Source: a virus
Lineage: Duplodnaviria; Heunggongvirae; Uroviricota; Caudoviricetes
Virus record (IMG/VR): IMGVR_UViG_2711768032_000005
DNA length: 25,905 nucleotides
Direction: 5' to 3' (one strand)
Shown: positions 16,041-24,363 of the stretch, piece after piece
How the letters are laid out: each line of letters starts with the position of its first letter
Numbering within the stretch: position 1 is the first letter of the stretch
The notes under the pieces: generated by a model
What the model saw: only the letters and a program-made list of their open reading frames with translations
The model's database searches: none
Told to the model about the DNA's origin: nothing
Made by a program: the position numbers and the translations under genes

Positions 16041-16243
16041 TGAAGACCTTTGCGCTACAGGGCGACACGCTCGACGCCATTTGTGTCCGGTATTACGGGC
16101 GCACTGAGGGCGTGGTTGAGACCGTGCTCGCCGCAAATCCGGGACTGGCTGAACTGGGCGCGGTGCTGCCGCACGGCACCGCCGTCGAACTGCCCGACGT
16201 TCAGACCGCGCCCGTGGCTGAAACTGTCAATCTGTGGGAGTAA
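16040..16243 (+). CDS. X: tail protein X-like
   Basis: 67 aa from ATG 16040, overlapping the L stop (TGATG); same length as P2 X as recalled. Confidence 0.7.
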   Translation: MKTFALQGDTLDAICVRYYGRTEGVVETVLAANPGLAELGAVLPHGTAVELPDVQTAPVAETVNLWE

Positions 16244-16246
16244 CGC

Positions 16247-16528
16247 ATGACAGCAGAAGAAAAAAGCGTCCTGTCGCTTTTCATGATTGGGGTGCTGATT
16301 GTTGTCGGCAAGGTGCTTGCCGGTGGTGAACCCATCACCCCGCGTCTGTTTATCGGGCGCATGTTGCTCGGTGGTTTTGTCTCGATGGTTGCCGGTGTTG
16401 TTCTGGTGCAGTTTCCTGACCTGTCACTGCCAGCGGTGTGCGGCATCGGCTCCATGCTGGGTATCGCCGGTTATCAGGTGATTGAGATTGCCATTCAGCG
16501 CCGCTTTAAGGGCAGGGGGAAACAGTAA
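16247..16528 (+). CDS. Y: holin Y-like
   Basis: 93 aa; hydrophobic transmembrane segments (LSLFMIGVLIVVGKVLAGG, LLGGFVSMVAGVVLV); first gene of the lysis cassette. Confidence 0.8.
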   Translation: MTAEEKSVLSLFMIGVLIVVGKVLAGGEPITPRLFIGRMLLGGFVSMVAGVVLVQFPDLSLPAVCGIGSMLGIAGYQVIEIAIQRRFKGRGKQ

Positions 16529-17025
16529 TGCCGGTAATTAACACGCATCAGAATATCGCCGCCTTTCTCGACATGCTGGCCGTGTCCGAAGGGACGGCGA
16601 ATCATCCACTGACGAAAAACCGGGGCTATGACGTGATAGTCACCGGACTGGACGGAAAGCCGGAAATTTTCACCGACTACAGTGACCACCCGTTCGCGCA
16701 TGGCCGACCGGCGAAGGTGTTTAACCGTCGCGGTGAAAAATCCACGGCCTCCGGTCGTTATCAGCAGCTTTACCTGTTCTGGCCGCATTACCGCAAACAG
16801 CTTGCCCTGCCGGATTTCAGTCCGTTGTCACAGGACAGACTTGCCATTCAGTTGATCCGCGAACGCGGTGCACTGGATGACATCCGGGCGGGACGCATTG
16901 AGCGCGCCATTTCACGCTGTCGCAATATCTGGGCGTCCCTGCCGGGTGCCGGTTACGGTCAGCGTGAGCATTCACTGGAAAAACTGGTCACCGTCTGGCG
17001 TACCGCTGGCGGCGTACCGGCTTAA
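16528..17025 (+). CDS. K: endolysin K-like
   Basis: 165 aa, same length as P2 K as recalled; located between holin and lysA/B/C. Confidence 0.85.
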   Translation: MPVINTHQNIAAFLDMLAVSEGTANHPLTKNRGYDVIVTGLDGKPEIFTDYSDHPFAHGRPAKVFNRRGEKSTASGRYQQLYLFWPHYRKQLALPDFSPLSQDRLAIQLIRERGALDDIRAGRIERAISRCRNIWASLPGAGYGQREHSLEKLVTVWRTAGGVPA

Positions 17026-17039
17026 ACGGAGTAAACACC

Positions 17040-17465
17040 ATGAAGAAATTATCCCTTTCACTGATGCTGAACGTGTCGCTGGCGCTGATGCTGGCACTGT
17101 CCCTGATTTACCCGCAGAGCGTGGCCGTCAGTTTTGTCGCTGCATGGGCGATTCTGGCGACGGTTATCTGTGTGGTTGCCGGTGGTGTCGGCGTGTATGC
17201 CACGGAGTATGTGCTGGAACGCTACGGGCGGGAGCTGCCGCCGGAATCGCTGGCCGTGAAGATTGTCACGTTGCTGTTTTTGCAGCCGGTGCCGTGGCGC
17301 AGACGGGCGGCGGCTCTGGTGGTGATGGTGGCGACGTTTATCTCGCTGGTCGCTGCCGGGTGGATTTTTACCGCGCTGATTTATCTCGTGGTATCGGTGT
17401 TCTTCCGGCTGATACGTACGGCCTGCCGTCAGCGTTTTGAGGGGCGGGAACTATGTCAAAGCTGA
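17040..17465 (+). CDS. lysA: lysis accessory membrane protein LysA-like
   Basis: 141 aa, multiple hydrophobic helices; P2 lysis cassette synteny. Confidence 0.7.
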   Translation: MKKLSLSLMLNVSLALMLALSLIYPQSVAVSFVAAWAILATVICVVAGGVGVYATEYVLERYGRELPPESLAVKIVTLLFLQPVPWRRRAAALVVMVATFISLVAAGWIFTALIYLVVSVFFRLIRTACRQRFEGRELCQS

Positions 17466-17878
17466 TGATTGTGCTGGTCGTGTTGTTATCGCTGGCGGTG
17501 ACCGGTCTGTTTCTGGTGAAACACAAAAATGCCAGCCTGCGCGCCTCGCTGGACAGGGCGAATAACGTCGCCAGTGAACAGCAGACGACCATCACCATGC
17601 TGAAAAATCAGCTTCATGTTGCCATCACCAGGGCAGACAAAAACGAGCTGGCGCAGGTGGCACTGCGTCAGGAACTGGAGAACGCCGCGAAGCGTGAAGC
17701 ACAGCGCGAGAAAACCATCACGAGGTTACTTAATGAAAACGAAGATTTTCGCCGCTGGTATGGTGCTGACCTGCCTGATGCTGTGCGCCGGTTGCACCAG
17801 CGCCCCGCCTGCACCGACGCCAGTGATTGTCGCCAACGCCTGCCCGAAAGTGAGCCTTTGCCCGATGCCGGGCAGTGA
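17453..17878 (+). CDS. lysB: Rz-like inner-membrane spanin LysB-like
   Basis: 141 aa with N-terminal transmembrane segment (LMIVLVVLLSLAVTGLFLV); synteny. Confidence 0.7.
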   Translation: MSKLMIVLVVLLSLAVTGLFLVKHKNASLRASLDRANNVASEQQTTITMLKNQLHVAITRADKNELAQVALRQELENAAKREAQREKTITRLLNENEDFRRWYGADLPDAVRRLHQRPACTDASDCRQRLPESEPLPDAGQ

Positions 17879-18023
17879 CCCGGAGACGAACGGCGATTTA
17901 AGTGCCGATATCCGGCAGCTTGAGAACGCGCTGGCACGTTGTGCCAGCCAGGTAAAAATGATTAAACACTGTCAGGACGAAAACGATGCTCAAACCCGAC
18001 AGCCTGCGCAGGGCGCTGACTGA
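17733..18023 (+). CDS. lysC: Rz1-like outer-membrane lipoprotein spanin LysC-like, nested in +1 frame across the lysB 3' end
   Basis: ATG 17733 with GAGG 7 nt upstream; 96 aa; signal peptide with lipobox LCAGC; Pro-rich mature region. Confidence 0.6.
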   Translation: MKTKIFAAGMVLTCLMLCAGCTSAPPAPTPVIVANACPKVSLCPMPGSDPETNGDLSADIRQLENALARCASQVKMIKHCQDENDAQTRQPAQGAD

Positions 18024-18453
18024 TGCCGTCACGGTGCTGAAAACCAGTCCAGAGATGCTGCGGATATTCGTGGATAACGGGAGTATTGCCTCCACGCTGG
18101 CGACGTCGCTGTCGTTCGAAAAGCGTTACACGCTCAATGTGATTGTGACCGACTTTACCGGTGATTTTGACCTGCTCATCGTGCCGGTGCTGGCGTGGCT
18201 GCGGGAAAATCAGCCCGACATCATGACCACCGACGAAGGTCAGAAAAAAGGTTTCACGTTTTATGCAGACATCAACAATGACAGCAGCTTTGATATCAGC
18301 ATCAGCCTGATGCTGACCGAGCGAACGCTGGTCAGTGAGGTTGACGGTGCGCTGCATGTGAAGAATATCCCGGAACCTCCGCCGCCGGAGCCAGTCAATC
18401 GCCCGATGGAGCTTTATATCAATGGTGAACTGGTGAGCAAGTGGGATGAATGA
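17986..18453 (+). CDS. R: tail completion protein R-like
   Basis: 155 aa, same length as P2 R as recalled; synteny. Confidence 0.75.
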   Translation: MLKPDSLRRALTDAVTVLKTSPEMLRIFVDNGSIASTLATSLSFEKRYTLNVIVTDFTGDFDLLIVPVLAWLRENQPDIMTTDEGQKKGFTFYADINNDSSFDISISLMLTERTLVSEVDGALHVKNIPEPPPPEPVNRPMELYINGELVSKWDE

Positions 18454-18898
18454 GTTTAAGCGTTTTGAAGACCGGCTGACCGGACTGATTGAATCGCTGT
18501 CACCGTCTGGGCGTCGGCGACTGAGTGCAGAACTGGCGAAGCGTCTGCGGCAGAGTCAGCAGCGTCGGGTGATGGCACAGAAAGCCCCGGACGGCACACC
18601 CTACGCACCACGCCAGCAGCAGAGCGCCAGAAAAAAGACCGGTCGCGTTAAGCGAAAAATGTTTGCGAAACTTATCACCAGTCGTTTTTTGCATATCCGC
18701 GCCAGCCCTGAACAGGCATCAATGGAGTTTTACGGCGGGAAGTCACCGAAAATCGCCAGTGTGCATCAGTTCGGTCTGTCGGAAGAAACCCGGAAAGACG
18801 GTAAGAAAATTGATTATCCGGCGCGTCCTCTGCTCGGCTTTACCGGTGAGGATGTGCAGATGATTGAAGAGATTATCCTGGCTCACCTCGACCGTTAG
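18446..18898 (+). CDS. S: tail completion protein S-like
   Basis: 150 aa, same length as P2 S as recalled; synteny. Confidence 0.75.
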   Translation: MNEFKRFEDRLTGLIESLSPSGRRRLSAELAKRLRQSQQRRVMAQKAPDGTPYAPRQQQSARKKTGRVKRKMFAKLITSRFLHIRASPEQASMEFYGGKSPKIASVHQFGLSEETRKDGKKIDYPARPLLGFTGEDVQMIEEIILAHLDR

Positions 18899-18899
18899 T

Positions 18900-18917
18900 T
18901 GTGCCATTCCCGACACA
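18900..18917. promoter_or_regulatory. TGT-N12-ACA dyad, candidate Ogr-type late-activator site upstream of V
   Basis: TGTGCCATTCCCGACACA read in the 66-bp S-V intergenic region. P2 late promoters are described as having a TGT-N12-ACA element; spacing to the V start is not verified. Confidence 0.35.
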
Positions 18918-18964
18918 TCATCGTTACATTGCCGCCGGTATGACCCGGAGGCATCCTTCCCGTT

Positions 18965-19600
18965 ATGAACACTCTCGCAAATATCCAGGAACTCGCGCGC
19001 GCACTGCGCAACATGATTCGTACCGGCCTTGTCGTCGAAACCAACCTTAAAGCCGGTCGCTGCCGTGTGCTGACCGGCGGCATGTGCACCGACTGGCTTC
19101 AGTGGCTGACCTGTCGTGCCGGGCGTTCGCGCACATGGTGGGCACCTTCCGTGGGGGAGCAGGTGCTGATTCTGGCCGTGGGCGGTGAACTTGACACGGC
19201 GTTTGTTCTGCCGGGGATTTATTCCGGCGATAACCCTGCGCCGTCTGCGTCGGCGGATGCACTGCATATCCGTTTTCCTGACGGGGCGGTGATTGAGTAT
19301 GAACCCGAAACCAGTGCACTCACGGTAAGCGGAATTAAAACGGCCAGCGTAACGGCTTCTGATTCTGTTACCGCCACGGTGCCGGTGGTCATGGTGAAAG
19401 CATCAACCCGCGTCACCCTGGACACACCGGAGGTGGTCTGCACCAACAGGCTGATTACCGGCACGCTGGAAGTGCAGAAGGGCGGGACGATGCGCGGCAA
19501 CATTGAACACACCGGCGGTGAACTCTCATCAAACGGTAAGGTACTGCATACCCATAAACACCCCGGCGACAGCGGCGGCACAACCGGGAGTCCTCTATGA
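18965..19600 (+). CDS. V: baseplate spike protein V-like
   Basis: 211 aa, same length as P2 V as recalled; synteny. Confidence 0.85.
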   Translation: MNTLANIQELARALRNMIRTGLVVETNLKAGRCRVLTGGMCTDWLQWLTCRAGRSRTWWAPSVGEQVLILAVGGELDTAFVLPGIYSGDNPAPSASADALHIRFPDGAVIEYEPETSALTVSGIKTASVTASDSVTATVPVVMVKASTRVTLDTPEVVCTNRLITGTLEVQKGGTMRGNIEHTGGELSSNGKVLHTHKHPGDSGGTTGSPL

Positions 19601-19944
19601 CAGCGCGTTATCTCGGAATGAATCGCCGTGATGGCCTGACTGTCACTGACCTTGAGCATATCAGCCAGAGTATCGGCGATATCCTGCGCACACCGGTCGG
19701 CTCACGGGTGATGCGTCGTGATTACGGCTCGTTGCTGGCGTCAATGATTGACCAGCCGCAGACCCCGGCGCTTGAGTTGCAGATTAAGGTCGCCTGTTAC
19801 ATGGCGGTGCTGAAATGGGAACCCCGCGTCACCCTGTCATCCGTCACTACGGCGCGCAGTTTTGACGGGCGAATGACGGTCACGTTAACCGGTCAGCACA
19901 ACGACACCGGTCAGCCACTTTCGTTAACCATCCATGTGAGTTGA
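19597..19944 (+). CDS. W: baseplate protein W-like
   Basis: 115 aa, same length as P2 W as recalled; ATGA overlap with V. Confidence 0.85.
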   Translation: MTARYLGMNRRDGLTVTDLEHISQSIGDILRTPVGSRVMRRDYGSLLASMIDQPQTPALELQIKVACYMAVLKWEPRVTLSSVTTARSFDGRMTVTLTGQHNDTGQPLSLTIHVS

Positions 19945-19948
19945 AACC

Positions 19949-20857
19949 ATGCCGATTATCGACCTGAACCAGCTACCCGCACCGGATGTGGTCGAGGAGC
20001 TGGACTTTGAAACCATTCTTGCCGAACGCAAGGCGACACTGATTTCCCTTTACCCGGAAGACCAGCAGGAGGCGGTCGCCCGTACCCTGACGCTGGAATC
20101 CGAGCCTCTCGTCAAACTGCTGGAGGAAAACGCTTATCGTGAGCTTATCTGGCGTCAGCGTGTGAATGAGGCCGCACGGGCGGTGATGTTGGCCTGTGCA
20201 GCCGGTAATGACCTTGATGTGATTGGTGCCAATTACAACACCACGCGCCTGACTATCACCCCGGCAGATGATTCGACCATTCCGCCGACACCGGCAGTGA
20301 TGGAATCTGACACCGATTATCGTCTGCGTATTCAGCAGGCGTTTGAGGGCTTAAGCGTCGCCGGGTCGGTGGGTGCTTATCAGTATCATGGTCGCAGTGC
20401 CGACGGGCGTGTCGCGGATATTTCTGTAACCAGTCCGTCTCCGGCCTGCGTCACCATCTCTGTGCTGTCACGTGAAAATAACGGTGTTGCATCCGAAGAC
20501 CTGCTGGCCGTGGTGCGTAACGCCCTTAATGGCGAGGACGTCAGGCCGGTGGCCGACCGCGTGACCGTGCAGTCTGCCGCCATCGTTGAATACCAGATAA
20601 ACGCCACGCTTTACCTTTACCCTGGTCCCGAAAGCGAACCCATACGCGCTGCCGCCGTGAAAAAACTGGAAGCGTACATCACGGCACAGCACCGGCTGGG
20701 GCGCGACATCCGTCTGTCTGCCATTTATGCCGCTTTGCATGTGGAAGGCGTGCAGCGTGTCGAGCTGGCCGCACCACTGGCCGACATCGTGCTCAACAGT
20801 ACGCAGGCGTCTTTCTGCACCGAATGCCGCGTCGTGACCGGAGGCTCGGATGAGTGA
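19949..20857 (+). CDS. J: baseplate protein J-like
   Basis: 302 aa, same length as P2 J as recalled; synteny. Confidence 0.85.
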   Translation: MPIIDLNQLPAPDVVEELDFETILAERKATLISLYPEDQQEAVARTLTLESEPLVKLLEENAYRELIWRQRVNEAARAVMLACAAGNDLDVIGANYNTTRLTITPADDSTIPPTPAVMESDTDYRLRIQQAFEGLSVAGSVGAYQYHGRSADGRVADISVTSPSPACVTISVLSRENNGVASEDLLAVVRNALNGEDVRPVADRVTVQSAAIVEYQINATLYLYPGPESEPIRAAAVKKLEAYITAQHRLGRDIRLSAIYAALHVEGVQRVELAAPLADIVLNSTQASFCTECRVVTGGSDE

Positions 20858-21380
20858 TTCGCGACTGCTGCCGACCGGCTCATCACCGCTTGAAGTTGCC
20901 GCCGCAAAAGCCTGTGCGGAAATTGAAAAAACGCCGGTCAGTATTCGTGAGCTGTGGAACCCGGATACCTGTCCGGCAAATCTGCTGCCGTGGCTGGCGT
21001 GGGCGTTTTCGGTCGACAGGTGGGATGAAAAGTGGCCGGAAGCGACAAAACGCGCCGTTATCCGCGATGCCTATTTCATCCACTGTCATAAAGGCACTAT
21101 CGGCGCAATCCGGCGTGTGGTGGAGCCGCTCGGCTATCTCATCAACGTGACGGAGTGGTGGGAAAACAGTGACCCGCCCGGCACCTTCCGGCTCGATATT
21201 GGTGTACTGGAAAGTGGCATCACAGAGGCAATGTATCAGGAAATGGAACGGCTGATTGCTGATGCCAAACCTGCAAGCCGCCACCTTATTGGCCTGAACA
21301 TTACCCGGGACATTCCCGGCTACCTGTTCGCCGGTGGTGTGGCTTACGACGGCGATGTAATTACGGTTTACCCCGGATAA
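20850..21380 (+). CDS. I: baseplate / tail protein I-like
   Basis: 176 aa, same length as P2 I as recalled; overlaps J by 8 nt. Confidence 0.8.
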   Translation: MSDSRLLPTGSSPLEVAAAKACAEIEKTPVSIRELWNPDTCPANLLPWLAWAFSVDRWDEKWPEATKRAVIRDAYFIHCHKGTIGAIRRVVEPLGYLINVTEWWENSDPPGTFRLDIGVLESGITEAMYQEMERLIADAKPASRHLIGLNITRDIPGYLFAGGVAYDGDVITVYPG

Positions 21381-21390
21381 GTGAGGAATA

Positions 21391-23601
21391 ATGAGCACAA
21401 AATTCAGAACCGTTATCACCACTGCCGGTGCAGCAAAGCTGGCAGCGGCAACCGCACCGGGAGGGCGGAAGGTCAACATTACCACGATGGCCGTCGGGGA
21501 TGGCGGTGGTAAATTGCCTGTCCCGGATGCCGGACAGACCGGGCTTATCCATGAAGTCTGGCGACATGCGCTGAACAAAATCAGCCAGGACAAACGAAAC
21601 AGTAATTATATTATCGCAGAGCTGGTTATTCCGCCGGAGGTGGGCGGTTTCTGGATGCGTGAGCTTGGCCTGTACGATGATGCGGGAACGTTAATTGCTG
21701 TGGCGAACATGGCTGAAAGTTATAAGCCTGCCCTTGCCGAAGGCTCAGGGCGTTCGCAGACCTGCCGCATGGTCATCATCGTCAGCAGTGTGGCCTCAGT
21801 GGCGCTGACCATTGACACCACAACGGTGATGGCAACGCAGGATTACGTTGATGACAAAATTGCAGAGCACGAACAGTCACGACGTCACCCGGACGCCTCG
21901 CTGACCGCAAAAGGTTTTACTCAGCTAAGCAGCGCGACCAACAGCACGTCTGAAACACTGGCCGCAACGCCGAAAGCGGTAAAGGCCGCATATGACCTTG
22001 CTAACGGGAAATATACTGCACAGGATGCCACTACAGCGCGAAAAGGCCTTGTTCAGCTCAGTAGTGCGACTAACAGCACGTCTGAAACGCTCGCCGCAAC
22101 GCCGAAAGCGGTAAAGGCCGCATATGACCTTGCTAACGGGAAATACACTGCACAGGACGCCACCACAGCGCGAAAAGGTCTTGTCCAGCTCAGTAGCGCC
22201 ACCAACAGCGATTCTGAAACGCTTGCGGCAACGCCAAAGGCGGTAAAGGCCGCGTATGACCTTGCTAACGGGAAATACACTGCACAGGATGCCACCACGG
22301 CGCGAAAAGGGCTTGTCCAGCTCAGTAGCGCCACCAACAGTGATTCTGAAACGCTGGCCGCAACACCAAAAGCGGTGAGGTCTGCCTATGACAATGCTGA
22401 AAAACGTCTTCAGAAAGATCAGAACGGTGCGGATATTCCGGGAAAGGATACCTTCACGAAAAATATCGGTGCCTGTCGTGCTTATAGCGGCGCTTTGAGC
22501 ACTGAAGCCGGAAACTGGACAACCGCTCAGTTTATTGACTGGCTAGAGTCTCAGGGAGCCTTTAATCATCCTTACTGGATGTGCAAGTGTTCCTGGTCAT
22601 ATGGTAATAACAAAATTATTACCGATACTGACTGTGGGACTATTCATCTTGCAGGTTGCGTGATTGAGGTTATGGGCGTTAAAGCAGCAATGACCATTCG
22701 TGTGACCACTCCGAGTACATCAAGCGGTGGTGGTACCACCAGTGCGCAATTCACGTATATCAATCACGGAGCTGATTATGCGCCGGGCTGGCGACGCGAC
22801 TACAATACGAAAAATAAGCAACCGGCTTTTGCATTAGGGAAAACAGGAAATACGGTTGCAAATAATAAAGCGGTAGGATGGAACTGGGACAGTGGTGCTT
22901 ATTGTGCACAGGATGGCGGAGCATCAAAAATGGTGTTGCATTTTTACACGGGTGAGGGAAGTTGTCCGGCAATGCAGTTTCTTGTGGATTATAAAAACAG
23001 GGGGATTTTTTACAGGTCGGCACGTGATGGGTATGGATTTGAGGCTGACTGGTCAGAGTTTTATACCACATCACGAAAGCCAACACCTGCGGATATTCTT
23101 GCTCTGGCATTATCAGGCGGAAGCATGTCAGGCAGCATAAAATTTATCAATGATGCCTTCCTGATTTGGGAAAGAAACACTGACTGGGCGAAAATTGGAT
23201 TTAAAAATGATTCAGATGCTGATTCTGACTCATACATGTGGTTTGAAACTGGTGATAATGGCAATGAATATTTTAAATGGCGCATCAGGTCTGGCAGCAC
23301 AACAAAAGATCTGATGACGCTTAAGTCTGATGCACTACGGGTTACCGGGCAGGTGATACCATCAAATTTCAGCAATTTTGACTCCCGCTATGTCCGGGAT
23401 ATCCGACTTGGTGGTGCCGCCACATACAAACCTGCGAACAATGGCATGACATGGACACATCAGGCACCGTCCGGGTGTGTATATACCGGCATTATTGTTC
23501 AGGATACCGGCTCAAACTCTGCCGATAACATTGGTGGCGTATATTACAGACCGGTTCAGAAATACATTAACGGGACATGGTACAACGTGGCGCAGGTATA
23601 A
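21391..23601 (+). CDS. H: tail fibre protein H-like, with internal tandem repeats and a divergent middle segment
   Basis: 736 aa; N-terminus MSTKFRTVITTAGAAKLAAA and C-terminal tip QKYINGTWYNVAQV resemble P2 H as recalled (P2 H is shorter, about 669 aa). Confidence 0.85.
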   Translation: MSTKFRTVITTAGAAKLAAATAPGGRKVNITTMAVGDGGGKLPVPDAGQTGLIHEVWRHALNKISQDKRNSNYIIAELVIPPEVGGFWMRELGLYDDAGTLIAVANMAESYKPALAEGSGRSQTCRMVIIVSSVASVALTIDTTTVMATQDYVDDKIAEHEQSRRHPDASLTAKGFTQLSSATNSTSETLAATPKAVKAAYDLANGKYTAQDATTARKGLVQLSSATNSTSETLAATPKAVKAAYDLANGKYTAQDATTARKGLVQLSSATNSDSETLAATPKAVKAAYDLANGKYTAQDATTARKGLVQLSSATNSDSETLAATPKAVRSAYDNAEKRLQKDQNGADIPGKDTFTKNIGACRAYSGALSTEAGNWTTAQFIDWLESQGAFNHPYWMCKCSWSYGNNKIITDTDCGTIHLAGCVIEVMGVKAAMTIRVTTPSTSSGGGTTSAQFTYINHGADYAPGWRRDYNTKNKQPAFALGKTGNTVANNKAVGWNWDSGAYCAQDGGASKMVLHFYTGEGSCPAMQFLVDYKNRGIFYRSARDGYGFEADWSEFYTTSRKPTPADILALALSGGSMSGSIKFINDAFLIWERNTDWAKIGFKNDSDADSDSYMWFETGDNGNEYFKWRIRSGSTTKDLMTLKSDALRVTGQVIPSNFSNFDSRYVRDIRLGGAATYKPANNGMTWTHQAPSGCVYTGIIVQDTGSNSADNIGGVYYRPVQKYINGTWYNVAQV
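21910..22396 (+). repeat. four tandem 132-bp (44-aa) in-frame repeats inside the tail fibre gene
   Basis: Units start at 21910, 22042, 22174, 22306. Protein unit KGLVQLSSATNS(T/D)SETLAATPKAVKAAYDLANGKYTAQDATTAR; by eye copies 2 and 3 differ at about 13 of 132 nt, mostly synonymous; the fourth copy diverges in its last third. Confidence 0.85.
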
Positions 23602-23604
23602 TTT

Positions 23605-23646
23605 ATGCAGCATTTGCGTATTACCGTGAAGGAGATCGGTGAGTAA
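23605..23646 (+). pseudogene. 13-codon ORF (MQHLRITVKEIGE) at the position of tail-fibre assembly gene G; possible 5' remnant interrupted by the IS
   Basis: ATG 4 nt after the H stop; first four residues MQHL match my uncertain recollection of the P2 G N-terminus; stop at 23644-23646; IS genes follow. Confidence 0.3.
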
Positions 23647-23699
23647 CATCGATGGAGATCGGTTCGTGTCACTTTCACAGAACCGTTTTTAAATTACCT

Positions 23700-24352
23700 T
23701 CACTGATCTCCTTCGGTCAACGGAGATTGTATTTTCCGCATTGATTCTCCTTTAAGTTCGATCTTGATACTGCCATGAACCAGTCGATCTAGGATGGCAT
23801 CCGCATGTGTGGAGTCTCCGATCATTTTGTACCAGTTTTCCACCGGCAACTGGCTCACTACGATGATTGAGCCTCGTTGGTACATCAGATCCACTATTTC
23901 CAGCAGGTCGCTACATGCCCCTGATAGCACTGTTCCATCAGCGCTTTAAGGCGATAATAGTAGACCTTGTATCCCTGTCGGCAGGCATTATGACCAAGTG
24001 CACATGCCAGGAACGTTTTACCGCTGCCGGTGGCCCCGGTCAGTAAAATATTTTGTTTCAGGGTTAACCAGTTTCCCTGACTGAGTGAACGGATGAGGGC
24101 CCTGTCCAGCCCTCTATTGTTACGATAATCCAGCTTTGATAACTCAGCATTAAGTCTGAACCGTGCATGTTTGATCAGACGCTCTGCCTTCCTGTTTTCA
24201 CGGCAGGTTAGTTCTTCTGCTGTCAGTAATGACAGGCGTTCTTCGAAGCCCAGCTCCTGGTATGTGCCCGGTTGAGCAAGTTGCTTTTTAAGCGCATCAC
24301 GGAAGCCGGTGAGTTTAAGTGCGGTCAGTTGTTCGTAAAGATGATTCATCAT
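23700..24352 (-). pseudogene. istB: istB (IS21 helper ATPase), disrupted
   Basis: Two fragments in different frames (23894..24352 with Walker A; 23700..23930 with C-terminal RGSIIVVSQLP...ILDRLVHGS...KGESMR). Frames overlap around 23930-23945 and the segment expected to hold Walker B (hhhhDE) appears missing. Confidence 0.65.
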
Positions 24353-24363
24353 TGGATCCCGTA

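Noticed and set aside
20883-21593. 236-aa ORF antisense to baseplate gene I and the start of H
   Set aside because: Antisense to two syntenic, length-matched genes; no RBS; Cys/Arg-rich composition.
22053-22337. 94-aa ORF antisense to the H repeats, with an internally repeated protein sequence
   Set aside because: Its repeats are simply the reverse-strand image of the tail-fibre tandem repeats; no start context.
21910-22396. Possibility that the periodic repeats are a CRISPR array
   Set aside because: The repeats are 132 bp, contiguous with no spacers, in frame within the tail fibre gene and conserved at protein level.
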